A model generated the notes under the pieces. It was given only the letters and a program-made list of their open reading frames with translations. It searched no databases and was not told where the DNA came from. Made by a program: the position numbers and the translations under genes. DNA of 20,741 bases from a virus (lineage: Duplodnaviria > Heunggongvirae > Uroviricota > Caudoviricetes). The DNA is taken from IMG/VR virus record IMGVR_UViG_2630968533_000002, one strand, 5' to 3'. Positions 1 through 8,268 of this stretch are shown one piece after another. Each line of letters opens with the position of its first letter. The stretch's first letter is position 1.

Positions 1-837
1 CTATTTTTTCTCTGTAATTTTTACACTGTTTTCCAACTGCTTGATGCTGACCTGCGGGGTCGGCAACTCCTCAGGCATGGTTCCGCCAAGTTCCTGAATG
101 GTTTGCCTCACCTTGCGACCCACGTCAAAGTGTGTGGTGTTAGCTTGCTGTTTTGAATTCACGCCATCCCGCTTGAGTTTTTCTTCTGTTTGGGTAGCTC
201 GAAAGAGATTAGCCGCCAGTTCTGTTGAACCCATATGATCCAGGATCTTCTGACTCTTTTTCAGCCCCTTCCGCTGATGGATGGCTTTCTGATCTAATCC
301 ACCATACAGTCCCCGGTAACCATGATTCTGAAATATGGCGAAATCGATAGCTGTCGCTACCCCAGCTTGCTGCGCTGCCTCAACTAATTGTTTGTTATGT
401 TCTTTCAACTCATTTCTCAGAAAAAGACGCTTTTCGTCTTCACGAAGTTGCCTGAAAGCTTCATCGTCAGCCAGCTCCTGCCGTCGGGTCTGGATAGCAA
501 AATAAGTTTGCCCTACTGCAATAACCGGTTTCGCAGGGTCGCCGTTTTGTACTACCAGGTAACAGGCATAGCGGGAGAGATGAACATCTTCAAGTTCTCG
601 TTGAGCCCCTGAACCTAATACAACCATTTTGGTGGTTTCAACGAAATGGTCAGATGCAGCTTGATTGCTGGCTTCGCACGCTTGAGTCGCGCGGGCCAGT
701 ACCTTTTGAAAATTGCGCCAGTCCCGATAATCCAGTAACGGTGCCAATTCTCTCGCTGACCAAAATTCTTGCCCTTCAGTGCCATAATGCCGTATCTCTT
801 CAAAAGGTTGATGATGTTCGTTCATTGCCCACTCCAT
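1..837 (-). CDS. dinD: DNA-damage-inducible protein DinD-like; complete, stop at 1-3; alternative start at 825 (MNEHHQPF...)
   Basis: 278-aa ORF whose sequence I recognise from memory as E. coli DinD; canonical LexA box 34-49 bp upstream; GC content typical of core chromosome. Confidence 0.75.
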   Translation of the reverse strand: MEWAMNEHHQPFEEIRHYGTEGQEFWSARELAPLLDYRDWRNFQKVLARATQACEASNQAASDHFVETTKMVVLGSGAQRELEDVHLSRYACYLVVQNGDPAKPVIAVGQTYFAIQTRRQELADDEAFRQLREDEKRLFLRNELKEHNKQLVEAAQQAGVATAIDFAIFQNHGYRGLYGGLDQKAIHQRKGLKKSQKILDHMGSTELAANLFRATQTEEKLKRDGVNSKQQANTTHFDVGRKVRQTIQELGGTMPEELPTPQVSIKQLENSVKITEKK

Positions 838-870
838 GTGATATCGATTGCAAAGAAAGTAAATCTGTAA

Positions 871-886
871 CTGTGTTTATATACAG
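871..886. promoter_or_regulatory. LexA (SOS) box CTGTgtttatatACAG upstream of dinD
   Basis: Read directly: perfect CTGT-N8-ACAG palindrome with AT-rich spacer, matching the LexA consensus, placed just upstream of the dinD start. Confidence 0.6.
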
Positions 887-980
887 TTGTGAGTATCTCA
901 CGTTCTCAGTGTGCTGGGCAAAAAAACATCGCAAAATCTGGAGCAGGCACGCAAAACAGAATTGAAGTTGCGGGGAAGAA

Positions 981-1011
981 AAATGCCGCTCTGTTTGAGT
1001 GGGCGGCATTT
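981..1011 (-). terminator. Intrinsic terminator hairpin (9-bp stem AAATGCCGC/GCGGCATTT) followed by U-run on minus-strand transcript
   Basis: Read directly: inverted repeat 981-989 / 1003-1011; minus-strand RNA ends with UUUUUCUU. Would stop leftward read-through from the island before the dinD promoter. Confidence 0.5.
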
Positions 1012-1320
1012 GTGAAGGCTGAAAAGTAAGAATTGGCGTTACGAGTTATTCAATTGGATCTGTTTGTAGAGTATTGGCTTCAATGCCGCATTGTAGCTGG
1101 TTTCTTCCTAATGCGATTTTTGATTATGTACACCCTTATGTACACGGTTTTTTCGGGTGCTTTGGTCAAAAGCCATTGTCTACATCGCTCACGATCGAGG
1201 TGTGTAACCCTGTTCAGGCTTGTTGTACTGCGCACGCGTATTGCTCGTGAAATTGATTGTGAGAGGTAAGTTAATCGCTATTTTTAGGAAGTGTATTTAC
1301 ATAGAATGGGGAAACGGACT

Positions 1321-1351
1321 AAAAAGCTGCCTGTATGATAGGCAGCTTTTT
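1321..1351. terminator. Bidirectional intrinsic terminator (AAAAAGCTGCC-loop-GGCAGCTTTTT)
   Basis: Read directly: perfect 11-bp inverted repeat with 9-nt loop, A5 on the 5' side and T5 on the 3' side; 18 bp downstream of the stop of the 254-aa gene. Confidence 0.65.
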
Positions 1352-1368
1352 AGGCTTACTTATTCCAT

Positions 1369-2133
1369 TTATCGCATTTGTGCTTCTTCTTCACGAATAC
1401 GCTGAATAGCATTTGCTAAACGCAATTTGGAGTTGTCATCCCAATCTTGGGTTCTTTGGCCTACTGGTGCACATGGGGTAATTGAACCACTAACCAGCAT
1501 TTGACGAACTTCAGCAACTTCTTGTGCACTGATAGAAACGTGTGGTGAATGTGGGTTTTTGGTATCCATAATCAGCCCCCTCTGCAATAGAGCTTCGTTT
1601 ACTTCGCTAATGGTTGAAACAGAGTCTTCTACTAATGATGCGTTAGTCCTGAAGTCTAAAAAACGTACAGTGCCGCCAGTGTATGGGTCAAGCTTTTTAG
1701 ATTCTTCAATTGCTGATCTTGCGCAATGGCTATACATCCAGTTTTGCGCAGCAGCACCGCATCCTGAGCCTGTAAAGACAGCGAACAGTTCTTCCGTTTC
1801 GTTATTTTTTACAACTAATTTTTGACCTTTATCAAAAATCACTTCATTAGTTGATTTTTTCACAATATGTAAATTTACCGATTGACCAGTAGGTAAAACA
1901 ACTGGTGGTTCTTGTTGAGATAGGTCTCCTCGCCACCAATGCTTCCATAACTGAATCAAAAGACCATCACCGGCTAAAAGCATAACAAAATCATTTCGTG
2001 GAGCTAGCTTACCGAAGCCGGTATCGTCAATATACAGGATATGACCATCGTAGCCATGTGGGCTAAGATCAACAGACCACCTAGAGTCGGTCGCTACTAA
2101 GGCGTTAACACGATCATATACCGTTGTAGTCAT
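1369..2133 (-). CDS. Hypothetical 254-aa protein; weak motif-level resemblance to HslV/proteasome-type Ntn-hydrolases
   Basis: Long ORF, GC lower than the dinD flank (by eye about 42%), own terminator. N-terminus MTTTV, an AGDG motif and a GSGCGAAAQ motif recall HslV (MTTIV..AGDG..GSGG.YA.AAA) from memory; not verified. Confidence 0.6.
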   Translation of the reverse strand: MTTTVYDRVNALVATDSRWSVDLSPHGYDGHILYIDDTGFGKLAPRNDFVMLLAGDGLLIQLWKHWWRGDLSQQEPPVVLPTGQSVNLHIVKKSTNEVIFDKGQKLVVKNNETEELFAVFTGSGCGAAAQNWMYSHCARSAIEESKKLDPYTGGTVRFLDFRTNASLVEDSVSTISEVNEALLQRGLIMDTKNPHSPHVSISAQEVAEVRQMLVSGSITPCAPVGQRTQDWDDNSKLRLANAIQRIREEEAQMR

Positions 2134-2302
2134 TATAGATGCTCATAAACCATTAAGGTTCAAAAACTCTATAGCAAATGTTGAAAGAAGCAAATTGATT
2201 ATACTTATTAATGCGATGTTGGGTGTCTTGATCTTTTAGCTGATGCTATGCGAAAGCAACGACAGTTTTGCTTGGTCATTGTAGTAAGACACCTCCTTTG
2301 CT

Positions 2303-2590
2303 TTATCGTAGCTGGCAATCTTTATCGCGATAACGCCTGAAGTACCCTCTCGCTTCCTCATCCATACCAAGAGCCGAATGAGTCCGCTTAACTGCCTGTC
2401 TTAAATCTCCGAATCTGTCTGTAGTTGCTGGTGGGCGTGCCGCCTTACGGATACATTCAGAGCGTCTGTTTGCTGCATGTTCACGTTCTTTATCGCCATC
2501 TGCCAGCATCATGACTTCTGCCCATCGTGCGGCAGCTCTCCGGTATAGCCCTTTTGACTCCAGCTCTTCAGCTTTCCTGTCCCTTATCAT
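2303..2590 (-). CDS. Small regulator, PerC-family-like (95 aa)
   Basis: ORF with N-terminal AEELESKGLYRRAAARW motif that I recall as typical of PerC/Pch-type activators; start lies 37-63 bp from a tandem operator array. Confidence 0.5.
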   Translation of the reverse strand: MIRDRKAEELESKGLYRRAAARWAEVMMLADGDKEREHAANRRSECIRKAARPPATTDRFGDLRQAVKRTHSALGMDEEARGYFRRYRDKDCQLR

Positions 2591-2626
2591 TTCTGCCTCT
2601 CAGATTATATAGATAAGCAAAAAGGT

Positions 2627-2747
2627 GTTGGTTCAGTTGGTTCAGTTGGTTCAATTTGTAAAGATCGTTGTTTTTATTGTGTTTTTTCAGAAATATTGAA
2701 CCAACATCAACTCATTTTGAACCAACACAGCCCAGCTCTGAACCAAC
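2627..2747. promoter_or_regulatory. Divergent promoter/operator region: GTTGGTTCA x3 in perfect tandem (2627-2653) and TGAACCAAC x3 inverted, spaced exactly 21 bp (2697, 2718, 2739)
   Basis: Read directly from sequence; AT-rich spacer between the two arrays; lies between divergently oriented regulator genes at 2590 (minus) and 2850 (plus). Confidence 0.65.
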
Positions 2748-2849
2748 AACACAGCGATAGATTTGTGATTGGTCCGTTATTTTCTGGCTGATATTTGAGC
2801 GTATAACAGTGTTATACAGTGGTATACTGTATGGATATTACTCACTGAT

Positions 2850-3305
2850 ATGGTCTTTGCAATGAGCAAATCTAATCTGATCGCGTTCCGCATCCCATCT
2901 GAATTGCAGGATGAGTTTAATCGGTCTGTTCTCGCTTCTGGAGGAGATAAAACCTCCTGGCTTGTTGATGCGATTCGCATGAAGCTGGGACAGCCGGAAA
3001 AGTCTATTGATTCACGAATGCTTGGGCTGGTGGAGCGCATGGAAAAAGCCGCTGCGTCGCTTATTGCCGGAAAGCCGAATATCCCACCAAAGCCATATAA
3101 CGAAACGGCAGTTATAAAGATCATTGCCGATACCATCCAACAGGGATTTGATAATGGGCGTGTGATAGCTGAACGGATCAATGAAGCAGGCTATCAAACA
3201 AAAGCTGGTAAAGCGTGGGATAAAGATATTTACAGCGCGTGGAAGCGTCAGGGAAACAATGCTGAAAAGTTAAAAGCGGTGATTGATTGTAAGGTCAGCG
3301 TATAA
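2850..3305 (+). CDS. Ribbon-helix-helix (Arc/Mnt/CopG-like) DNA-binding protein with uncharacterised C-terminal domain (151 aa; possible start at 2862)
   Basis: N-terminal LIAFRIPSELQDEF...SWLVDAIRMKL fits a beta-strand plus two-helix RHH pattern; preceded by palindromic elements at 2801-2834 (TATAAC..GTTATA, ATACAG..CTGTAT). Confidence 0.55.
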   Translation: MVFAMSKSNLIAFRIPSELQDEFNRSVLASGGDKTSWLVDAIRMKLGQPEKSIDSRMLGLVERMEKAAASLIAGKPNIPPKPYNETAVIKIIADTIQQGFDNGRVIAERINEAGYQTKAGKAWDKDIYSAWKRQGNNAEKLKAVIDCKVSV

Positions 3306-3384
3306 ACATGAGTGCCCATTGGAAAGCTGCTTGGGCCAATAGCTTTATACACCAGCAGTTGGTGACGATAGGTGAGGATCAGGC

Positions 3385-3585
3385 ATGAAAGGCAGAACGC
3401 CACACATTGAACATCAAGCCAACCACTTCTCGGATGTTCGCAATGAGATGATTGCCATTCGCGGTGATATGCACGGAATGGAGCGTCGCCTAGCAGATAA
3501 GATGGACGAGAATCAGAAGTGGATCATCGTCCTGTTGATTTTATCAATTCTTATCCCGCTACTTATCGCATTGGTCACAAAATGA
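3385..3585 (+). CDS. Small C-terminally anchored membrane protein (66 aa)
   Basis: GGTGAGGA Shine-Dalgarno 8 nt upstream of ATG; hydrophilic N-terminus followed by one hydrophobic helix WIIVLLILSILIPLLIALV at the C-terminus. Confidence 0.5.
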   Translation: MKGRTPHIEHQANHFSDVRNEMIAIRGDMHGMERRLADKMDENQKWIIVLLILSILIPLLIALVTK

Positions 3586-3613
3586 ATATCCAATGTGTAT
3601 GCTGTCGATGCTA

Positions 3614-3996
3614 CGCGCGCGTACTTGTCGCAAAATATCAGGCAAAGGCCAGATTCAGAAAGTCGTGATAACCACCAGCACAACATGAGATGTCATGTAA
3701 CGCGATTTATCACACCAGATACATGTGATTGGTGTACCCGCATAAAACATTGTCATAGCGCGTCCTGTGCGCATATACGCCGATAATCAACACATCACCA
3801 CCACTCTGTCTCATGTAGAGAACACTTTTATGGTATCCCCCGCCATCGTGCGCGTACTAGTCGGACGCAGTTGCAAAACTTTTTGCAACTGATACCCCTC
3901 GCGCGCGTACTTGTCTCGAAATTGGTGTTTTGCTGTGGCAGTGATATCAGAAAAATCTTCCTGTTTCACATAAAGCGGATATGCGCGTACTGTAAC
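3614..3996. repeat. Iteron-like array: four copies of GCGCGTACT(N)GT, including a perfect 16-bp direct repeat CGCGCGCGTACTTGTC at 3614-3629 and 3900-3915; perfect palindrome CAGTTGCAAAA-CT-TTTTGCAACTG at 3868-3891
   Basis: Read directly; occupies the intergenic region between the 66-aa gene and the membrane-protein gene. The ORF-track ORF 3595-3786 overlaps it and is probably not coding. Confidence 0.6.
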
Positions 3997-4107
3997 GGCC
4001 CCATCAACGGGGATCGGATTTGAAATCCCGACCCCAAGCTATGTACCAAATGCCATGTCTTGGATATATGATGATTGCCATTCTAAACAACGCTAAAGGG
4101 GGTTGGT

Positions 4108-4722
4108 GTGAGCAGAAAAGATACTAAAGAATTGCTAACTATCTGCATGGTGTACTTTTCAATTTATTTTTGTGCATACATGATAGTCCCAGATGAGTTT
4201 GAACATGGCAGTATTATTTATTCCATAACATTCTATTTTTTAGAGCTAACACCAATTTTGGCTATCCTTTTGGCAATACATATTTATTTTTCCTTAAAAA
4301 AAGAATCGACTAATTGGGAGAAGGTATGGAGAGACAGAGGATTTCTAACATCACCTAAAGATGATGCATATGAGAGTGATTTTTCTGACTTTATAACAAA
4401 CTACTACTCCAGCGAACAATTCAAAAATAGACTGTCTGATGTTTGGGAAACAGCAATGTATTCTATAGGGATTATATTATTGATACTTACTGGTATTGCT
4501 CAATATGTTTTTAACATTGACTTATCATTAAATCCTGAAAATTTAATATCGCCATTGATTTTTGGTGAGATATTGATCTTCTCATTCGGAATTTTCTTGA
4601 GTGTTGTTCTCTGCTCATTATGCAAGCTACTGACTAACAGGTATCCGGGTGAAGCAAGGAGAGCAAGAAAGGCAAATCCATATTATCTTTTATTTCCTAA
4701 TGGAGACAGCAGAGATATCTAA
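4108..4722 (+). CDS. Polytopic inner-membrane protein (204 aa, GTG start), very low GC; candidate superinfection-exclusion or abortive-infection protein
   Basis: AAAGGGGG Shine-Dalgarno 6 nt upstream of GTG; about six hydrophobic helices with a roughly 70-aa charged loop; AT-rich codons (by eye near 30% GC) against a roughly 50% background; convergent with the 701-aa gene. Confidence 0.6.
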   Translation: MSRKDTKELLTICMVYFSIYFCAYMIVPDEFEHGSIIYSITFYFLELTPILAILLAIHIYFSLKKESTNWEKVWRDRGFLTSPKDDAYESDFSDFITNYYSSEQFKNRLSDVWETAMYSIGIILLILTGIAQYVFNIDLSLNPENLISPLIFGEILIFSFGIFLSVVLCSLCKLLTNRYPGEARRARKANPYYLLFPNGDSRDI

Positions 4723-4741
4723 GCCATCCATGGCTAACCAG

Positions 4742-6847
4742 TTATTGAGCTTCTTTTTGTGATGCCTGTGCGACTCTGGTGAGCGATTGTGTGACCGTAC
4801 TGATCGCTCTGTCATATGCTGTGCTACCTTTTGGCGTATTTGCCAGACGTAACAAGGCATTTCGTATAACAGGGCTTTCGTATGCCTTCGCTGCTCCGCC
4901 TACGGCACCAGCAGCAGGAACAACAAACGCAGCCGTTTTTAGCATCCCCGCTAATACTGCTGCGTTTATGATGCCACCACCAACTAACAATCCATAAAGC
5001 TGCTGACCATTTAAGTTTTGAACGTTCGCTTTTGCCGCGTGTCTTGTATCGTTGAGGTATTTAATAACGCCGTCCAGTTCCTTTCCATGTACGCCTTTAA
5101 AGAAAGTTGCTGATTGCTTCCTGTTCCGGTGTAACGCATTAATAAACTTTTCAACACTAATATTTCCAGACGGATCAGTCGCCTTATCTACAGCATTCTG
5201 AACTATGGCTGCTCGTGCGTTTTGCCTACCATTGTCATCCAGAAGCCTGTAAAGCTGAGAACGTTCTGATGGGCTTTGGCTAAAAACGAGTTTTGTTACA
5301 TCCTCAGGCGTGGCCTTGCCGCTGGCTATTGCCTTTTGAACGCGCGTTCTTCCCATCATGTCATTGAATTTAGACCATGAGCGATCAACCCTTGCCATAT
5401 TAATGGCTTCGTCTGCTCCAAGATTTTTGGCTACGGCTTTTTTCATATCCGCCGTATATGCCTTGTAGATAATATCGCTGGCTTTCTGGAGCGTATCTTT
5501 ATCAACAGTGTCAGATGACGCCATAAATCTCTTTCGAAGATCGGTTCTGTTTTCCCTCGCCAGACGCAGGTCATTTGGTCCGCTGGTGATATCGTCTTTA
5601 AATTGCTGCAAGACTTTTACCGCGGCTCTATCCTGAGATTTGCCCGGGCGGCTTAACACGGCAATCTGATTGTCGATAGCTTTTACCGTGTTTGAGAGAT
5701 CGACAGGGGTATCCCCCATAGCGTCAATTATGCGGTTATATCGCTTTCCTGCTGCCTCAATGAATTTTTGTTGCCCTTTAGTCGCAGATTCATAAAGCTG
5801 TTTATCAGAAATGCCACCCAGACCATCGCTAAATGTTCTGACTAAATTTTCTCGTGCTTGTTGTTGATTCAGCCGATTCTTACCGGTTCCAAAAAAAGGA
5901 ACTCTTTCGCCTAATGTCTGAGCCTGACTCTGCATAAAGGTTTTATCTTTCAGCATGTCACTGGTCATTAACGGCAGATTTCTTTCCGATGCAAAGTCGA
6001 CAGCAGCCTTTGCTTCAGGCGACATATCACCACGAACAGCCCTCGAAACCGCACTCGCTGTATTTTCCAGCCCCTTACCAATACCACCAATGCCAGCAGA
6101 AATTACCGTTTGTAACGGATCAATACCTTCTCCACCAGCAAGGCTGGTGGCTCCCTGTAGTGCTAAATCTGTAGCTGCTGATTTTCCTATGGCACCAAGC
6201 ACCGTTCCAGCCCTGCCCGCTGGTGTAAACGCCAGCGCATTAGCCAGAAACGATGCCACGTCTTGCGGCGATAAACCCGGCTTGTTCAGAGCATAATCAC
6301 CGGATGGCAGGGAAACGATAGTGTTACCCTTCTCATCCTGCCTTAATTTCGCTCCCATGCTCTGAAGAATCTTTTCCTGAGATGCGTCAGAGCCGAAAAG
6401 TTGAGACCATCGAGCTTTTAGAGCATCCATGCTGAGTGAGGTTAACTCTGGGGCAAGGTCGACATTTTGCAGTCTCTCCATCTCTGGAGTCATTCGGCTT
6501 TCGCCTGTTATAGCATCGCGCATCGCAGCCCCAAGACTGGCTCCCTGTTCTGCTGAACGCTCAAGCCCCTCTCTTTGCTGAGTAGCTAACTTTGCATACC
6601 CTGACGCAAGAGAATTATCAGATGATGTATGTTGAATATTTTGAGTTGCTGATTGGGCTCGGTCTATTTCATTCGTTGATGGTAGTGGATAGGCAGCATA
6701 AAAAGCCTGCTTAGCCTGTGCTACACTTTCTCCGGCTTGCGGGGCAACGACTTCATTGAAGTATTGCTCCTGAGCCTGCGCTTTTTGTTCTGGTGCTAAC
6801 GCCTGATACTGTGGAGAGGCGATAACATCTTTCCATGCTTTAGCCAT
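4742..6847 (-). CDS. 701-aa Ala/Gln/Gly-rich protein with hydrophobic Gly-rich C-terminus; P22 gp16-like ejection (DNA-transfer) protein candidate
   Basis: Long ORF, start overlaps upstream stop; composition and position as last gene of the 153/225/473/701 series; similarity to gp16 inferred from size, order and composition only. Confidence 0.7.
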   Translation of the reverse strand: MAKAWKDVIASPQYQALAPEQKAQAQEQYFNEVVAPQAGESVAQAKQAFYAAYPLPSTNEIDRAQSATQNIQHTSSDNSLASGYAKLATQQREGLERSAEQGASLGAAMRDAITGESRMTPEMERLQNVDLAPELTSLSMDALKARWSQLFGSDASQEKILQSMGAKLRQDEKGNTIVSLPSGDYALNKPGLSPQDVASFLANALAFTPAGRAGTVLGAIGKSAATDLALQGATSLAGGEGIDPLQTVISAGIGGIGKGLENTASAVSRAVRGDMSPEAKAAVDFASERNLPLMTSDMLKDKTFMQSQAQTLGERVPFFGTGKNRLNQQQARENLVRTFSDGLGGISDKQLYESATKGQQKFIEAAGKRYNRIIDAMGDTPVDLSNTVKAIDNQIAVLSRPGKSQDRAAVKVLQQFKDDITSGPNDLRLARENRTDLRKRFMASSDTVDKDTLQKASDIIYKAYTADMKKAVAKNLGADEAINMARVDRSWSKFNDMMGRTRVQKAIASGKATPEDVTKLVFSQSPSERSQLYRLLDDNGRQNARAAIVQNAVDKATDPSGNISVEKFINALHRNRKQSATFFKGVHGKELDGVIKYLNDTRHAAKANVQNLNGQQLYGLLVGGGIINAAVLAGMLKTAAFVVPAAGAVGGAAKAYESPVIRNALLRLANTPKGSTAYDRAISTVTQSLTRVAQASQKEAQ

Positions 6848-8268
6848 TAATCACCCCATAGTGAAGAAAAATTACTGCTGGCTGCTGGCTGTGATACCTG
6901 CTCAGATTGCGGCAATGTCTGCGACGAAGAAGAAGTTCCTCTGTCAACTGCTGAAATAACCCGCAAAGCATCATAAGCTCGACCAGAAGCAGCTTTCAGC
7001 GAATTGAACTGGTTTTCCATCTTCCTACGCTTGGTATCAATGGTTTTTGTGGAATCACCAGGCTGAGGGAAATACATTTGATAATATTTGGACATTTCAG
7101 CTGGTAGGATAGATGCCCCTGTTTCCTGACGGAGTATTGCCATTATTGCGTCATTAGCATTAACAACGTATTGCTGCTCTGTTGGGCTGAGCGTTAAGTT
7201 AGCCAGCGTCCCATTACCCAAAGCATTATTAATGATCGCCACTCGCTGTGGGCTAAGCTGGTCTTTCAGTGTATCTATTGAATCAAGAGCATCCCTAACT
7301 CTGTATGCAAATCCAGCAGCTTTTTTAGCCCCTTCTGGCGACTTTTCCATGATCTTTTGGGCTGTTGGCAAAGCTATTGGACGAAACCCATCTCCAGATA
7401 TTGGCTGGTTTAGTTTTCCCTGCTCTTCACTTCCGTCTGTGTAGTATTTTGTGACAGTGCCATCATCGTTTTCTCTAACACTCATTAATTTTTTGGCGTT
7501 TGTATTAATTCCAGCCGCTGCCGCAAATGCCGCAGCCCCCTCTGGATCCGCCTTTAACATTTGCGCGTACTGATTGTAATTCTGCATTGCGGCTGTTGGT
7601 GCATATGCTGACGTTAACGCATTTGCTCGGCTAATATCCTGCCCTCTCGCCTGAAGTGCTTCTCCAGCCTGATTGCTGCGGATTGTCTCTGCCAACTTGC
7701 CACGCTCAATATCCCGACCTTCCATTCGATCTTTGATATCGAAGTACTTCTCATGACCGAGAGAAAACAGTGCCATACTACCAGCAAGCCGCTGGAATCC
7801 CTGTGGATCATTAACATGCATTTCGGCAACAGACTCAGGAGAAATCCCCAAGCGACGCATTTCATCTTCGTTATCTGCTATGAATTTTCCAAATGCCCCA
7901 GTTCCGAGCGAAGATGCGATTTGAGCACTAGTCGCAAGATGACCAATAGAATTTCTCTGGTCGTCATCAATAAAGCCCATCCCTTTCTGAACGCTTTCAA
8001 ATTCTTCTGGATACTCAGAAATAAGACTGCGCATTTTGTTTCTGTCTCCAGACTCAAAAGCCCCGGCATATGCTTTCTGAAACTCTGCTTTACGCTGTTG
8101 TTGACGTGCCTGCTGATTAATCTCAGCAACGCCTCTTATCCCCTGTAGCGCCATTAAACCTACGTTTGGCTGCTGCTGATACTGCACAGGCTGAGGAACG
8201 GAAGAACGAGGAGCATTATCATTTTGCGGTGCCATGCTAGGCAGCCCGCCAAGTTGCCATGTCGCCAT
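6847..8268 (-). CDS. 473-aa protein; P22 gp20-like ejection protein candidate
   Basis: Long ORF translationally coupled to both neighbours; size close to P22 gp20 (about 471 aa, from memory). Confidence 0.7.
   Translation of the reverse strand: MATWQLGGLPSMAPQNDNAPRSSVPQPVQYQQQPNVGLMALQGIRGVAEINQQARQQQRKAEFQKAYAGAFESGDRNKMRSLISEYPEEFESVQKGMGFIDDDQRNSIGHLATSAQIASSLGTGAFGKFIADNEDEMRRLGISPESVAEMHVNDPQGFQRLAGSMALFSLGHEKYFDIKDRMEGRDIERGKLAETIRSNQAGEALQARGQDISRANALTSAYAPTAAMQNYNQYAQMLKADPEGAAAFAAAAGINTNAKKLMSVRENDDGTVTKYYTDGSEEQGKLNQPISGDGFRPIALPTAQKIMEKSPEGAKKAAGFAYRVRDALDSIDTLKDQLSPQRVAIINNALGNGTLANLTLSPTEQQYVVNANDAIMAILRQETGASILPAEMSKYYQMYFPQPGDSTKTIDTKRRKMENQFNSLKAASGRAYDALRVISAVDRGTSSSSQTLPQSEQVSQPAASSNFSSLWGD

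Noticed and set aside
1033-1405. Plus-strand ORFs 1033-1269 and 1220-1405 in the dinD-island junction
   Set aside because: Hydrophobic, Arg-rich junk-like translations with no ribosome-binding site; the region contains terminators and is more likely junction or regulatory DNA.
3595-3786. 63-aa ORF (Cys/His-rich) after the 66-aa gene
   Set aside because: It spans the GCGCGTACT iteron array, has no ribosome-binding site and an odd composition; probably non-coding.
3990-4040. Short hairpins (CCCC-ATCAAC-GGGG, GGATTTGAAATCC) that superficially resemble a tRNA arm, as a possible tRNA-derived att site
   Set aside because: No GTTCGAATC-type T-loop, no acceptor stem or CCA context; too short and irregular for a tRNA or tRNA fragment.
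4779-8148. Plus-strand and alternative-frame ORFs inside the 701-aa and 473-aa genes (4779-4997, 5955-6296, 5989-6174, 7232-7444, 7614-7865, 7753-8148, 7878-8129)
   Set aside because: They lie wholly within long, tightly coupled minus-strand genes, lack ribosome-binding sites and give low-complexity translations; treated as shadow ORFs.
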